Assembly: GCA_965216755.1 (NCBI GenBank)
Contig: CBDCGL010000011.1
Span: forward strand, 32,001 to 96,000
Direction: 5' to 3'
Origin: Alphaproteobacteria bacterium
GTDB lineage: Bacteria > Pseudomonadota > Alphaproteobacteria > UBA7887
DNA length: 64,000 nt
Shown here: in pieces, positions 47,911-59,282 of the stretch
Layout: each line of letters begins with the position of its first letter
Position numbering within the stretch: the stretch's first letter is position 1
Translations under genes and position numbers: made by a program
The notes under the pieces: generated by a model
Told to the model about the DNA's origin: nothing
Seen by the model: the letters and a program-made list of their open reading frames with translations, nothing else
The model's database searches: none

Positions 47911-50651
47911 TGACGGCGCCGATTGCCTTTTCGTTGGATGGACAAGACGTCGCGGCGGCACCCGGTGAGACGATTTTTCAAGTTGCGAAGCGTATCGGCA
48001 TCACATTGCCGTATATTTGCTACACGTCGCAGCCAACCTATCGCGCCGCGGGCAATTGCCGTGTTTGTATGGTTGAGGTCGAGGGCGAGCGGGCATTGGT
48101 CGCGTCCTGCATCCGGACGCCGCGGCCCGGCATGGTTGTGCGGTCCGGGACCAGTCGTGCTGTCAAAGCACGCAGCACCGTCATGGAGCTTTTATTAGCC
48201 GACCAACCGCCGCGGAACGAGGCCCATGATCCAAAATCGGCGTTTTGGCAGTGGGCCGACCATATGGGGCAATCCGAGTCCCGTTACCCGGCGCGCCAAG
48301 GGCCTGTGGCCGATCGTAGTCATCCCGCCATAGCAGTGAACTTAGATGCTTGCATTCACTGTACGCGCTGTGTACGCGCTTGTCGCGAGGTTCAGGTCAA
48401 CGATGTGATCGGCATGGCGGGTCGCGGCGCCGGCAATTCAATCGTTTTCGATCAAGCGGACACGATGGCGGCGTCGAGTTGTGTGGCATGCGGTGAATGC
48501 GTCGAGACTTGTCCGACCGGTGCATTGCTTCCGGCATCGCGAAACGGCGTGGCGAGTAACATAAGGGCCATTGACAGCTTGTGTCCCTACTGCGGCGTGG
48601 GTTGTGCGCTGACGTTCCACGTGAGCGATGATCGCATTACAGAAGTGGCTGGGCGCGATGGTCCCGCAAATCGCGGCCGCTTATGTGTCAAGGGGCGCTA
48701 TGGCTTCGACTATGTGCATCACGCGCATCGGCTGCGTGTACCACTGATCCGGAAGCCAAATGTGCCGAAATCGGCCGTTGATTACGTCGATCCATCCAAT
48801 CCATCGAGTCATTTCCGCGAGGCCAGCTGGGAGGAGGCGCTGGACCATGCCGCTGATGGGCTGAAGAGAATTCGCGATCAGCATGGCGGGCAGGCTTTGG
48901 CGGGATTTGGCTCGGCCAAGGGCTCGAACGAAGAAGCCTATCTTGTACAAAAAATGGTGCGGACTGCTTTCGGCAACAACAATGTTGATCATTGTACGCG
49001 ATTGTGCCACGCCAGTTCGGTGGCTGCGCTCATGGAGACGATCGGGTCGGGGGCTGTAACGGCGCCATTCGCCGAATGTGTAAATGCCGATGTGCTCATG
49101 GTTGTTGGCGCAAACCCAACGGAAAACCATCCCGTCGCGGCGACGTTTTTCAAGAATGCTGTGCGAGATGGTGCCAAGCTTATTGTTATGGATCCCAGAG
49201 GCCAGGCATTGAAACGGCACGCAGCTCATATGCTGCAACATCGGCCCGGCAGCGATGTGGCCGTGCTCAACGCAATCATGCATGTGCTTGTGGAAGAGGG
49301 CTTATACGATCGTCAGTATGTCCAAGCGCATACAGACAATTTCGAAAACTTGCGCAGGCATCTGAAGGACTATTCGCCCGCAGAAATGGCACCGATCTGT
49401 GGCGTCTCGGCCGACTCGTTGTGCACGGTTGCGCGATTGATCGGTCGCGCAAAGTCAGCGATGATTTTTTGGGGGATGGGTGTCTCGCAACATGTTCACG
49501 GCACCGACAACGCACGTTGTCTGATTTCGCTGGCTTTGATGACCGGTCAAGTGGGCCGTGCAGGCACCGGGTTGCATCCACTGCGCGGCCAGAACAACGT
49601 GCAAGGTGCCTCCGACGCCGGGCTGATCCCGATGGTTTATCCCGACTACAAACCGACGGCGAGCGATCAAGCCCGGGCGTTTTTTGAGGACTATTGGGGC
49701 ACGAAACTGAGCGCGGAAACCGGTTTGACCGTTGTTGAGATTGCCGATGCGGCGTACGACGAGGTCATCAAAGGCATCTACGTAATGGGTGAGAACCCGG
49801 CCATGTCGGATCCCAACGCCGGTCATGTGCGTGCCGCCCTGGCAAAACTTGAGCATTTGGTGGTTCAGGACATATTTCTGACCGAGACAGCCATGCATGC
49901 CGATGTCATCTTGCCAGCGTCCGCGTTTCCTGAAAAAGATGGCAGTTTCACCAATACAGACCGCCGAGTCCAACGCGGCCGCAAGGCGATTGAGCCGCCG
50001 GGCGACGCGCGGCAAGACTGGTGGATTATCCAAGAGATCGCACGCCGTCTCGGTTCGGATTGGGACTATTCCGGCCCCGGCGACATATTCGAGGAAATGC
50101 GCGGGTGTATGCCCTCGATCAAAGGTATTTCATGGGCGCGCCTGGATCGTGAAGGGGCCATCACCTATCCGTGCGATGACGAGAATGCGCCGGGGCACGA
50201 AGTCATCTTTGGCGACGGATTTCCGACGCCCGATGGGCGCGGCCAGTTTGTGCCGGCGGCGATTGTGCCGCCGGATGAAGAGCCAGACGATCAGTATCCG
50301 ATGATACTGACGACGGGCCGGCATTTGGAGCACTGGCACACGGGCGTCATGACCAGGCGTACGGAAGTGCTGGACCAGCTCGAACCCGAAGCCCTATGTG
50401 AGCTATCTCCTGGCGATCTGGATCGACTTGGCTTGGCGCCTGGCGACTGGGTCAAGGTTTCGTCGCGACGTGGCGATGTGACATTGCGGACGCGCCGTGC
50501 GTCCAGCACGCCGGATGGCGTCATTTTCATTCCATTCTGCTATGCTGAGGCTGCCGCCAACCTTCTCACCAACCCAAAGCTGGACCCGTTCGGCAAGATC
50601 CCTGAGCTAAAATATTGTGCGGTGCGCGTGGAAAAGGTGGTGGACGCATAA
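47910..50651 (+). CDS. fdhF: NAD-linked formate dehydrogenase alpha subunit (Mo/W-bisPGD, Cys form)
   Basis: TGATG coupling; GNCRVCMVE, CIHCTRCVRAC, CVACGECVETC, CPYCGVGC, DHCTRLCHASS, LRGQNNVQG. Confidence 0.95.
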   Translation: MTAPIAFSLDGQDVAAAPGETIFQVAKRIGITLPYICYTSQPTYRAAGNCRVCMVEVEGERALVASCIRTPRPGMVVRSGTSRAVKARSTVMELLLADQPPRNEAHDPKSAFWQWADHMGQSESRYPARQGPVADRSHPAIAVNLDACIHCTRCVRACREVQVNDVIGMAGRGAGNSIVFDQADTMAASSCVACGECVETCPTGALLPASRNGVASNIRAIDSLCPYCGVGCALTFHVSDDRITEVAGRDGPANRGRLCVKGRYGFDYVHHAHRLRVPLIRKPNVPKSAVDYVDPSNPSSHFREASWEEALDHAADGLKRIRDQHGGQALAGFGSAKGSNEEAYLVQKMVRTAFGNNNVDHCTRLCHASSVAALMETIGSGAVTAPFAECVNADVLMVVGANPTENHPVAATFFKNAVRDGAKLIVMDPRGQALKRHAAHMLQHRPGSDVAVLNAIMHVLVEEGLYDRQYVQAHTDNFENLRRHLKDYSPAEMAPICGVSADSLCTVARLIGRAKSAMIFWGMGVSQHVHGTDNARCLISLALMTGQVGRAGTGLHPLRGQNNVQGASDAGLIPMVYPDYKPTASDQARAFFEDYWGTKLSAETGLTVVEIADAAYDEVIKGIYVMGENPAMSDPNAGHVRAALAKLEHLVVQDIFLTETAMHADVILPASAFPEKDGSFTNTDRRVQRGRKAIEPPGDARQDWWIIQEIARRLGSDWDYSGPGDIFEEMRGCMPSIKGISWARLDREGAITYPCDDENAPGHEVIFGDGFPTPDGRGQFVPAAIVPPDEEPDDQYPMILTTGRHLEHWHTGVMTRRTEVLDQLEPEALCELSPGDLDRLGLAPGDWVKVSSRRGDVTLRTRRASSTPDGVIFIPFCYAEAAANLLTNPKLDPFGKIPELKYCAVRVEKVVDA

Positions 50652-50738
50652 TATGCGCGCAACGTCAGTGTGCCGACATGCCGCACGGTTTGGTGCAAGC
50701 GAATGTTGCGTACGGAGCGGAGCCGTCACACTTCGAAT

Positions 50739-51113
50739 TCACGTGTCTTCGTCACACGGATAAAGTTCCTGCAAGGCAAATGTTAGGGTGACAGTTATAG
50801 ACGTTGTCTCGGGGATGTCGGGATAGCGCCTGAGATAGTCAATCATGTTATCGAGCATCAATGACGGTTCGATTGCTGGTTCGGCGGGCGTGCAGAAGAG
50901 TGGCTTGCTTGCCCTGCGCTTAAGGAACATGTTGGCGCTTTCCAAGCCGTTTAGCGCGCCCCGCAGGTAAACCAGCAGCAGCGCTTCTTTCTCGACATCG
51001 CCACTTGTCGCCATCTCTAGGAACAGCGCTTTGTCCATATGCTGGGCGTGGGCGGCCGCCGCGTTGCATGCAAGAGCTGTTGCGATGGCGGCGAGAAGGC
51101 GCAAGGGAGTCAT
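50739..51113 (-). CDS. Exported Rap1a/Tai-like protein
   Basis: Signal peptide (AAHA); YLRG, FCTP, YL.RYP, ALQELYPC. Confidence 0.65.
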   Translation of the reverse strand: MTPLRLLAAIATALACNAAAAHAQHMDKALFLEMATSGDVEKEALLLVYLRGALNGLESANMFLKRRASKPLFCTPAEPAIEPSLMLDNMIDYLRRYPDIPETTSITVTLTFALQELYPCDEDT

Positions 51114-51197
51114 GAATCTCCGAATAGACCGATTATCGACAAATCCAATTGTTAGGATATCGGTCTTACCGCCGCGCTGTGCAAGGCAGCCGGCAAA

Positions 51198-52226
51198 TTA
51201 TTGCAACCGTCCGCCGATTTCCATCCCGTCAGCAAGATCCCAGTGCCGGACAAGCGTATCAGATCCGCCGGACAACGCGGTCTGACCATCTGGTGCGATC
51301 GCCACGTCCCAGATCGGTTCACCACCCAAGCTCAATGCGCGTTCCATGGATAGCGTGTCCAAATCCCACTGGATCAACACACCATCGCCATCTCCGGATA
51401 GGGCAGTAGCCCCGTCTGCTGAAACCGCAACGCAGGTTACGAAGGCATTGTGTCCACCCAACGTCGCGAGCTCTCGGCCGATTTCCAAGTCCCACAGCCG
51501 CACGCTCTTATCGGTGCTGGCTGATAGAGCGCGACGTGAGTCCGGTAAAGGTGCGACCGCATTGACGCTATTGTCGTGCCCGCGCAGCACACGGATCTCT
51601 ATTCCGGACGAGGCATCCCAAAGGCGAATCGTGCGGTCGTATCCGGCCGATAGAAGTTGCGCGCCGCCATTGACAAACGCGACATCCATGACATTGGCCG
51701 TATGGCCGGTAAAGCGGCGTAGAGAAATACCATCGGCGACGCGCCACAACTGAACTGTATAATCCCACGCCGCCGTCGCGAGCTGCGTGCCATCCGGCGA
51801 AAAGGCCAATCCGTAAACCGCCGCGTCATGGCCATCGATAACCGTAATTTCCGTGCCGTCGGTCACGCGCCACAGCCGGACCGTCTCATCCCAGCTTGCC
51901 GATGCCATTGTGTCGCCGTCCGGTGAAAACGCCACGTCGTTGACACTCATGATGTGCTCTTGAAAGACGTCGCGTTCGGTGAGCGTCTTCAAATCCCATA
52001 GGCGAATCGTCGTGTCCCAGCTGCCCGACAACGCAAATCGACCGTCCGGCGAGAACGCAACCGCGTTTACGAAACTGCCATGGCCGGTCATGCCGGCGCT
52101 GGCACCGGCACTGAGAAATGCGATTCCGAACATGGCGAGGCCGCGAACCGCGGCCGTCAGCAAATTGTGGCCTGCCAAGATGGCCCCAGTTTTAGTCTGG
52201 AAACGCCTGAAATCTTGCCACGCCAT
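51198..52226 (-). CDS. WD40 repeat protein (probably exported; start uncertain, alternative 52133)
   Basis: ~7 repeats GH...V..VAFSPDG...SGSWD.TIRLWD; hydrophobic N-terminal segment ending ASA. Confidence 0.88.
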   Translation of the reverse strand: MAWQDFRRFQTKTGAILAGHNLLTAAVRGLAMFGIAFLSAGASAGMTGHGSFVNAVAFSPDGRFALSGSWDTTIRLWDLKTLTERDVFQEHIMSVNDVAFSPDGDTMASASWDETVRLWRVTDGTEITVIDGHDAAVYGLAFSPDGTQLATAAWDYTVQLWRVADGISLRRFTGHTANVMDVAFVNGGAQLLSAGYDRTIRLWDASSGIEIRVLRGHDNSVNAVAPLPDSRRALSASTDKSVRLWDLEIGRELATLGGHNAFVTCVAVSADGATALSGDGDGVLIQWDLDTLSMERALSLGGEPIWDVAIAPDGQTALSGGSDTLVRHWDLADGMEIGGRLQ

Positions 52227-53796
52227 CGGAGACGACTTGCGGCACCAAGTTTACTTCCCATTCGATATAGTCGCGCATGGCCTGGGGCACGTCTTCGAGC
52301 TCGTGATCGTACGGCTTCGGATAGATATCGTCATTCGTTGTGGTCATCCTTTCCATGCCAAACTCAAGTGGGAACCCAGCGTTGGCCCAAGCGCGGGTGC
52401 CGCCCTGGAGCACTTTGGTCGTGGCACGTGTCAAGGAACTGATTTCGCCTTGCGCCAACTGTGCCAAGACTCCGTCGGGAGACGTCACGACCACTAGCGA
52501 CGAAGTTGGCACCTGCTCTAGACACGTTGCCAATCGCGATCGGACGGAAAACCAAGTGCCGGGTAGGTGGCCCTGTCGAAACGTGCGGCTGTCAGCCAAA
52601 TCGATAATTTCAACGTCGCGGCCGGGCAACAGACCGGCCAAGGCTGGAGCCGCGATCTCAAACGCGGGATTGACCGCGCCAAGGCCAATGACCTCGACTT
52701 CCTCCGGCCCCGTTTCCAACGCGACGCCCTCTATCCCATTCTTAAGAACGTAAACGTCGGGCCAACCCATTTGAATGAGCCAAGACGCGGTCATGGTTGC
52801 CCGCGTCCCATCATCGTCAACCAGCACGATTCGTCCGCCGAAGACTCCAATATATTCGTCGGTCGCCTGCACCAATTGGCCGCCCGGAGTATTGCGCGCG
52901 CCCGTGATGTGTCCGCTTTCGAATTCCTCAGGCGACCGTACATCGCAAAGGAACAATGTGCGTTCATCGGCCTCGGTGCGCCACTTCGCCAGAGTTGCGG
53001 AGTCAATGAATGGCACGCCGAAACGATCAGCAACCCGTAATGCGGCCTCGCGAGCCCAAACGCGTCCCCGGTTACTAAGCCTGGGTGGTGTTCGGCTTTC
53101 GCCATGCTCACATTGAAACCCGGCCAGCTCCCAGCCCATCGTGCCGTTTTCCAAAGCAACCACTTTGTTTGGTAACCCGGCATTGCGTAAAGACTGCGCG
53201 CCGATAATGCTGCGGGTCCGCCCGGCACAATTGACCACGACCAGCGTATTCGGGCCGGGCGCCAAGTCGTGCACACGATGTACCAATTCGGCGCCGGGAA
53301 CATTTATGCTGTCGGGGATGTTCATACGGTGATATTCAGGGAACGGCCGGCTATCCAAGATCACCAAATCGGTGCCATCATTCCGCAGTGCTTGGAGTTC
53401 TTTCGCGCTGACGCGCGGCGTGTCATAGGTCTGTTCGATGAACTCTCCGAATGCCTTGCTCGGTACGTTAACTCCGGAAAACGACATCAAGCCAGCTGCG
53501 CGCCATGCTGCCAGACCGCCTGCCAAGATGCCGACGTTACCATAACCGTTGCGGGTCAGTACTTCCGCTGCGCGACTGGCTAGTTCGCCATCGTCATCGC
53601 AAAGAACGATTGGTGTTTTGCGGCGGGGCACCAATCGCGGCACATCCAATTCCAAACGACTGAGCGGGCTATTGACCGCGTAAAGAATATGCTCCTTGGC
53701 GAACACGCCTTGTTCACGCACGTCGAGCAAGGCCAGTTCACCATGGCGATCAGCAAGCCGACCGTGTAACTCGGTCGGCGTCAACATGACGGTCAT
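52192..53796 (-). CDS. Multi-domain (4x) rhodanese-like sulfurtransferase
   Basis: [47 protein letters not shown]. Confidence 0.9.
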   Translation of the reverse strand: MTVMLTPTELHGRLADRHGELALLDVREQGVFAKEHILYAVNSPLSRLELDVPRLVPRRKTPIVLCDDDGELASRAAEVLTRNGYGNVGILAGGLAAWRAAGLMSFSGVNVPSKAFGEFIEQTYDTPRVSAKELQALRNDGTDLVILDSRPFPEYHRMNIPDSINVPGAELVHRVHDLAPGPNTLVVVNCAGRTRSIIGAQSLRNAGLPNKVVALENGTMGWELAGFQCEHGESRTPPRLSNRGRVWAREAALRVADRFGVPFIDSATLAKWRTEADERTLFLCDVRSPEEFESGHITGARNTPGGQLVQATDEYIGVFGGRIVLVDDDGTRATMTASWLIQMGWPDVYVLKNGIEGVALETGPEEVEVIGLGAVNPAFEIAAPALAGLLPGRDVEIIDLADSRTFRQGHLPGTWFSVRSRLATCLEQVPTSSLVVVTSPDGVLAQLAQGEISSLTRATTKVLQGGTRAWANAGFPLEFGMERMTTTNDDIYPKPYDHELEDVPQAMRDYIEWEVNLVPQVVSDGVARFQAFPD

Positions 53797-54380
53797 TTGT
53801 GGATGTACGGTTGTGCTGGGAACGATCCATATGTGCCGTCGCGCATATTAAACATCTTCCGGCCAGGTATGTGTTCGAGACTACGACCGTATAGATGGAA
53901 ATTCAAAGTTGGCTGGTCGGTAATACAGTGAATGCTGTGAATGTCGTCCGGCATGAACGCCACGCCTTCGCCCTTGCCAATAGTCTTGTCTCCGGTCTCC
54001 CGAATCGTGCCGCGACCAGTCACACTGCCGTCATCGGTGCGTTCGTAGAACCGGTTCACTTCCTCGCCTTCAATGCCGACGATGATTGCCCAAGTCGTAT
54101 GATCGTGCGGCGGCGCCACATGTCCTTTGCGCTCGGACACCAAATAAAGCGCGTAGCCATGGTCGTCATCCTCGGACAACAGATAGAGCGATGTGTTGCG
54201 ACCTTCGTCGATAATCGGGAACTCATCCACCGAAAACAAGTCGGCCTGTGATGCCAGTTCCATCAGGCGCCGTTTCGACCTCTCCAGGGTCTCACGCGTG
54301 ACGCCGCCGTCGTCCATCATGCTTCGAATGTCCGCAATCGTTTTTTCAACTTCGTTCGCACGCTGCTCGGCGATCGTCAT
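53793..54380 (-). CDS. Cysteine/thiol dioxygenase family cupin
   Basis: PPHDHTTWA, G.E.NR.Y, DDIHSI, HLYG; stop overlaps rhodanese start (ATGA). Confidence 0.8.
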   Translation of the reverse strand: MTIAEQRANEVEKTIADIRSMMDDGGVTRETLERSKRRLMELASQADLFSVDEFPIIDEGRNTSLYLLSEDDDHGYALYLVSERKGHVAPPHDHTTWAIIVGIEGEEVNRFYERTDDGSVTGRGTIRETGDKTIGKGEGVAFMPDDIHSIHCITDQPTLNFHLYGRSLEHIPGRKMFNMRDGTYGSFPAQPYIHK

Positions 54381-54461
54381 GGCCGCCACGCTCCTTACTT
54401 GACCAATGTATTGCTGGTGTATTCGCGCGAAGTTATAGCGCCGAATACAACGCAAGCACAA

Positions 54462-55490
54462 TCATTCGGCGGGTGCAGCGTGTGAGCTCGGCGCCGCCTC
54501 GCGCCGCGCGTCGGCAATTTCCTTGACCCATTCGCTGTGATGTTCTTTTGCCCAATTCTCGTCAACCATACCTTCCCATATCGCCTCGAACGCCCCTTCC
54601 ATACCAAGCGACCCGATATAGATGTGTGCCAAGATCAAGGCGATCATCACTAGAGACGCGATGACATGCATCAACTGCGTTGATTGCATGTCCTGGATCG
54701 TGGCCCCCGCTGCGAAAGGAAACATGAGATTCAGTCCGGTGTAGGACAGGATGACACCACCCACAATCACACACAGAAATATGATCTTTTGACCGGCGTT
54801 GAATTTCCGCGCCGGCGGATGGCTGCCTTTGCGCAACAGTCCGCCGCCACGCGCTAGCCAAGCCAAATCAAGACGATTGGGCAGGTTGTTCCGGATCCAG
54901 ACAACCAGCATTAGGAAAATGCCAACCATGAATACGAAACCACCATAGTTGTGCAAATACTTGCCGGCCATCGTCAGTGCCGCAAATCCATCATCACCCA
55001 ATACAGGTCTCAGCACATAACGACCGTAAAGAAGGTTCAGACCCGTAAGTCCAAGCAATATGAACGTGATTGCGGTCACCCAATGAATCAGTCGCTCGAA
55101 CAGAGTAAAACGCGCAATCCTATGACCGGATCGTCCAGATTCGATCCGGATCCGCCCACGCAACGCGAAGAATAGGGCCAAGAGCCCAATTGTGCCGATG
55201 ATGAGCCAAACGCCGTAGGTAGATATGGGCCCATTTCGCCAAGCGCGCCAACTCTCGCCTTCCGATTGTACCAACACGCCCGCTTGCTGATCTGGAATCG
55301 ACACATAACCGGGTTGGCCGCCGCGGACGGCGCGCCACATGGCCGCATCATTGTCTTGGCCAGTCGCAGGTGGCGTCAGCTGTGGCGCGTCGGATTGCGC
55401 CACAGCTTGGCCGCACGCAATCGCGATTCCAATTCCAAGCCACAGCACGACCGCGAGCCTCGTCAACAAAAATACCGGACGCGACATCAC
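54462..55490 (-). CDS. Formate dehydrogenase gamma subunit (cytochrome b)
   Basis: RFTLFERLIHW, KYLHN, PPARKFNAGQK, AHIYIGSLGMEGAF, WAKEHH. Confidence 0.93.
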   Translation of the reverse strand: MMSRPVFLLTRLAVVLWLGIGIAIACGQAVAQSDAPQLTPPATGQDNDAAMWRAVRGGQPGYVSIPDQQAGVLVQSEGESWRAWRNGPISTYGVWLIIGTIGLLALFFALRGRIRIESGRSGHRIARFTLFERLIHWVTAITFILLGLTGLNLLYGRYVLRPVLGDDGFAALTMAGKYLHNYGGFVFMVGIFLMLVVWIRNNLPNRLDLAWLARGGGLLRKGSHPPARKFNAGQKIIFLCVIVGGVILSYTGLNLMFPFAAGATIQDMQSTQLMHVIASLVMIALILAHIYIGSLGMEGAFEAIWEGMVDENWAKEHHSEWVKEIADARREAAPSSHAAPAE

Positions 55491-55529
55491 GCGATCTCCC
55501 CTAAATCGCCGGCGGCCCGCCAGCCAATG

Positions 55530-55709
55530 TTAAAACCTTTGATTTTCCACGCGGTCTTGTAGGTTGGCGCGGGCCTCTTCTGCTATTGCTGGCATGGAGC
55601 CCCCTTGATAGACACCTTTCTCTATCGATAGTGCCCGACCTTGTTCATCCTCTCGACAGCCGCCCAATACGAGCACAAATACCGCGGCAAATAGCGCTAG
55701 TCGCGACAC
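55530..55709 (-). CDS. Small lipoprotein of FDH3-type operons
   Basis: Lipobox LGGC; CREDEQGR...KGVYQG...L.DR...Q.F. Confidence 0.7.
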   Translation of the reverse strand: MSRLALFAAVFVLVLGGCREDEQGRALSIEKGVYQGGSMPAIAEEARANLQDRVENQRF

Positions 55710-55713
55710 GATC

Positions 55714-56295
55714 TCAGGACTCGTCAGCTGAGTAGGCTGTGCCCCAGCCCCACGCGCCCGAGCCGAAGCCCCGCGCAATGCTGCGTTCACGATAGATGTC
55801 GGATATCACGTCGCCATCCCCGGCGAGTAACGCTTTGGTCGAGCACATTTCAGCACACAGCGGCAGTTTGCCGTCAGAGAGCCGATCTTGACCGTAGTTG
55901 TACGTGTGATCTTCCTCCGGTCCCCCGGCGCAAAAGGTGCATTTGTCCATCTTGCCGCGAGTCCCGAAGTTGCCGGCCTGTGGATATTGCGGCGCGCCAA
56001 ACGGACATGCATAGAAGCAGTAACCGCAACCGATGCAAAGGTCCTTCGAGTGCAGGACGACGCCGTCTTCGGTCGTGAAAAAGCAGTCGACTGGGCACAC
56101 CGCCTTACAGGGCGCGTCGGAACAATGCATGCAGGCAACGGATATTGACCGTTCGCCCGGTTCGCCATCATTGATCGTCACGACGCGTCGACGATTGATG
56201 CCCCAGGGCACCTCATGTTCGTTCTTGCACGCGGTAACGCATGCGTTGCATTCGATGCAGCGCTCGGCATCACAGAGAAACTTCATCCGTGCCAT
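55714..56295 (-). CDS. fdh3B: Formate dehydrogenase FDH3 beta (4Fe-4S) subunit
   Basis: MARMKFLCDAERCIECNAC, CMHCSDAPC, CIGCGYC, KCTFC. Confidence 0.95.
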   Translation of the reverse strand: MARMKFLCDAERCIECNACVTACKNEHEVPWGINRRRVVTINDGEPGERSISVACMHCSDAPCKAVCPVDCFFTTEDGVVLHSKDLCIGCGYCFYACPFGAPQYPQAGNFGTRGKMDKCTFCAGGPEEDHTYNYGQDRLSDGKLPLCAEMCSTKALLAGDGDVISDIYRERSIARGFGSGAWGWGTAYSADES

Positions 56296-56314
56296 GAGTC
56301 TCGCTCCCCTCTGG

Positions 56315-59218
56315 TCACGCGCGTGAGATGCGACACAACGTGGTCTTGCTCTCCTGCATGACCGTCACGCTGTCATACCCGTATGTCTGTGCCGTATTGC
56401 TGGCTTCACCCAGCACATAGGGATCGGCGCCCTCCGGATAGCGATCGCGCAGATCCTCGCCCATCCAGTGACCACCAAAGTGGAATGGCATAAACACGAC
56501 GCCCCGACCGACGCGCGCGGTCACCATGGCCTTTACTTTCACTCTCGCCCCTTCGGGGCCTTCGACCCATATGTCATCGCCATCGGCGATCCCCGCATTG
56601 TTCGCGTCGTACTGATTTACCTCGGCGAACATGTCCTGCTGAAGCTCGGCCAGCCAGGGGTTGGACCGCGTCTCCTCGCCACCACCTTCATACTCCACCA
56701 AGCGGCCCGAGGTCAGGATCAGCGGATAGTCTTTGGCAAAATCTTGATCTTGGATCGATTTGTAGAGCGTCGGAAGTCGATAGAAGACTTTGTCTTCATA
56801 GGTCGGATAGTCGGGGACCAGATCGCGCCGCGGCGTGTAGAGCGGCTCGCGATGGATCGGCACCGGGTCGGGGAAGTTCCACACCATGCAACGCGCCTTG
56901 GCGTTGCCAAACGGAGCACAGCCATGGGCAATCGCAACCCGCTGGATGCCTCCGGAGAGGTCGGTCTTCCAGTTCACCTTGCCCGGCTCATCACCGCCAA
57001 TTCTCTCGATCGTCGCCCGTTCATCGGCGGTCAAATCGCCATCCCAGCCGAGCTTCTGCAGCATCGCGTAAGTGAATTCCGGGTAGCCATCCTTGATTTC
57101 CGATTCCGCCGAGAAGTCATCTTCGGCAAGCAGGTTCTCACCCTCATATTCGACGCCGAACCGGGCTCGGAAAGTGAGACCGCCCTTGGCGACGGGTTTG
57201 GAGGTGTCATAAAGAATCGGCGTGCCAGGGTGATTCATCTCAGGTGTGCCCCAACATGGCCATGGCATGCCGTAATATTCGCCGTCGCACGGCCCGCCGA
57301 CCGCCTGCAACGTGGTGCGATCAAACGTCTTTTGGTTAGCCATATGTTTGCGTAACCGCTCCGGCGACTGGCCGGTATAACCGATCGTCCACATGCCGCG
57401 GTTGATCTCGGCCGTCACGTCTTCGACCTTGGGTTCATCGCCCTCGATCGCGATGTTTTTTAAGAATTCGTCGGCAAACCCAAACTTGCGAGCAAACAGC
57501 TGCATGATCGCGTGGTCGGGTTTGGATTCGAACAATGGCTCGACAACTTTGTCTCGCCACTGTATCGACCGGTTCGACGCCGTTACCGAGCCATAGGTTT
57601 CAAATTGGGTTGCAGCCGGTAGCAGATAGACGCCGTCTTCTTTCTCTTGCATGACCGCCGTCATGGTCGGATAGGGGTCAATGACGACCAGTGTATCCAA
57701 CATCTCCATGGCGCGTTTCATGTCGGGCAGTCGCGTCTGGGAATTTGGCGCGTGCCCCCAAAAGACCATGCCCTTAATCGGGTTCGGCTGTTCGATTTTG
57801 TCGGCATCCTCCAAGACGCCATCGAACCATCGCGACACCGTGATGCCTTTCGACTCCATCAGCTCTTGGCTGGCAAAACGACCAAGCATGTAGTCGTAAT
57901 CCACATCCCAAACCCGCGACCAATGCTTCCACGCTCCGGTCGATACGCCGTAATAGCCGGGCAGGGTATGTGACAGGACGCCAAGATCAGTAGCGCCCTG
58001 TACATTGTCATGGCCACGGAAAATATTCGTGCCGCCGCCGGCAGTACCCATATTCCCCAAGGCCAATTGTAGGACGCAATACGCGCGCGTGTTGTTATTG
58101 CCGTTGGTGTGTTGGGTGCCGCCCATACACCATACGACAGTCCCAGGTCGATTCATGGCCAGCATGTGGGCGACTTTGTTTACTTGTGATCCGGGCACAC
58201 CGGTCACGCGCTCAACTTCGTCCGGCGTCCATTTCGCGACCTCTTCGCGGATACGGTCCATGCCCCAGACACGCTTGCCGATGAAGGATTTGCTTTCCCA
58301 GCGGTTCTCGAAAATGTGCCAGAGAATTCCCCAAATTAGGGCGACGTCGGTACCTGGGCGAAAACGCACATACTCGTCGGCGTGCGCGGCGGTGCGCGTG
58401 AAACGCGGGTCACACACGATGAGCGGCGCGTTGTTCTGTTCTTTCCCCTTAAGAATGTGCATCAACGACACCGGGTGGGCTTCGGCCGGATTGCCGCCGA
58501 TAAAGAACATGCAGCGCGAATTGTGAATGTCGTTGTAACTATTGGTCATTGCCCCATAGCCCCAGGTGTTGGCGACACCCGCGACAGTGGTCGAATGGCA
58601 GATGCGGGCCTGGTGGTCGACGTTGTTCGTACCCCAGAACGCCGCAAACTTTCTGAATAGGTAGGCTTGCTCATTGGAGTGTTTGGCGGAGCCGAGCCAA
58701 TACACCGAATCAGGACCATCGCTCTCGCGAATCGCCAGCAGGCGATCACCGATCTCGTTGATCGCTTGTTCCCACGATATTCGTTGCCAAACGCCACCTT
58801 CCTTTTTGACCGGATATTTGAGCCGTCGTTCGCCGTGGGCGTGTTCGCGCACGCTGGCCCCCTTGGCGCAGTGCGCGCCGAGGTTAAACGGGCTGTCGAA
58901 AGACGGCTCTTGACCAATCCAAACGCCGTTTTGAACTTCGGCAGTGACCGTGCAGCCGACCGAGCAGTGGGTGCATACCGACAGCACCTTCTTGATTTCG
59001 CCTGCTGCGCCAGTTTGGTTGGCGGCCTCCGCTTTCTTGATTCGGTTGAACGAAATACCTCCCGCCAATGCGGCGGCACCGCCCGCCGTCAGGCCCGATT
59101 GCTTTAGAAACGTCCGACGATCGACGGCGCGCCCTTGCCCGGCGGCGACAATTGCGCGCAACCCTGGATCGACTGATACATTGGTTGAGGAACTCGAGGA
59201 TTGCCGCTTGATCAACAT
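56315..59218 (-). CDS. Tat-exported formate dehydrogenase alpha subunit (FDH3 type, Cys form)
   Basis: DRRTFLK twin-arginine motif; CTHCSVGC; DHQARICHSTT; FRGHDNVQG. Confidence 0.95.
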   Translation of the reverse strand: MLIKRQSSSSSTNVSVDPGLRAIVAAGQGRAVDRRTFLKQSGLTAGGAAALAGGISFNRIKKAEAANQTGAAGEIKKVLSVCTHCSVGCTVTAEVQNGVWIGQEPSFDSPFNLGAHCAKGASVREHAHGERRLKYPVKKEGGVWQRISWEQAINEIGDRLLAIRESDGPDSVYWLGSAKHSNEQAYLFRKFAAFWGTNNVDHQARICHSTTVAGVANTWGYGAMTNSYNDIHNSRCMFFIGGNPAEAHPVSLMHILKGKEQNNAPLIVCDPRFTRTAAHADEYVRFRPGTDVALIWGILWHIFENRWESKSFIGKRVWGMDRIREEVAKWTPDEVERVTGVPGSQVNKVAHMLAMNRPGTVVWCMGGTQHTNGNNNTRAYCVLQLALGNMGTAGGGTNIFRGHDNVQGATDLGVLSHTLPGYYGVSTGAWKHWSRVWDVDYDYMLGRFASQELMESKGITVSRWFDGVLEDADKIEQPNPIKGMVFWGHAPNSQTRLPDMKRAMEMLDTLVVIDPYPTMTAVMQEKEDGVYLLPAATQFETYGSVTASNRSIQWRDKVVEPLFESKPDHAIMQLFARKFGFADEFLKNIAIEGDEPKVEDVTAEINRGMWTIGYTGQSPERLRKHMANQKTFDRTTLQAVGGPCDGEYYGMPWPCWGTPEMNHPGTPILYDTSKPVAKGGLTFRARFGVEYEGENLLAEDDFSAESEIKDGYPEFTYAMLQKLGWDGDLTADERATIERIGGDEPGKVNWKTDLSGGIQRVAIAHGCAPFGNAKARCMVWNFPDPVPIHREPLYTPRRDLVPDYPTYEDKVFYRLPTLYKSIQDQDFAKDYPLILTSGRLVEYEGGGEETRSNPWLAELQQDMFAEVNQYDANNAGIADGDDIWVEGPEGARVKVKAMVTARVGRGVVFMPFHFGGHWMGEDLRDRYPEGADPYVLGEASNTAQTYGYDSVTVMQESKTTLCRISRA

Positions 59219-59282
59219 GGCATGTGTTCTCCCGGTAAGGGCCGGTCGGTGTCAGGGTTGGATCGGCAAATTATCGGCCTCG

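Noticed and set aside
47910-59218. Selenocysteine in either FDH alpha subunit
   Set aside because: Both active-site positions are Cys (RLCH, RICH) in uninterrupted ORFs.
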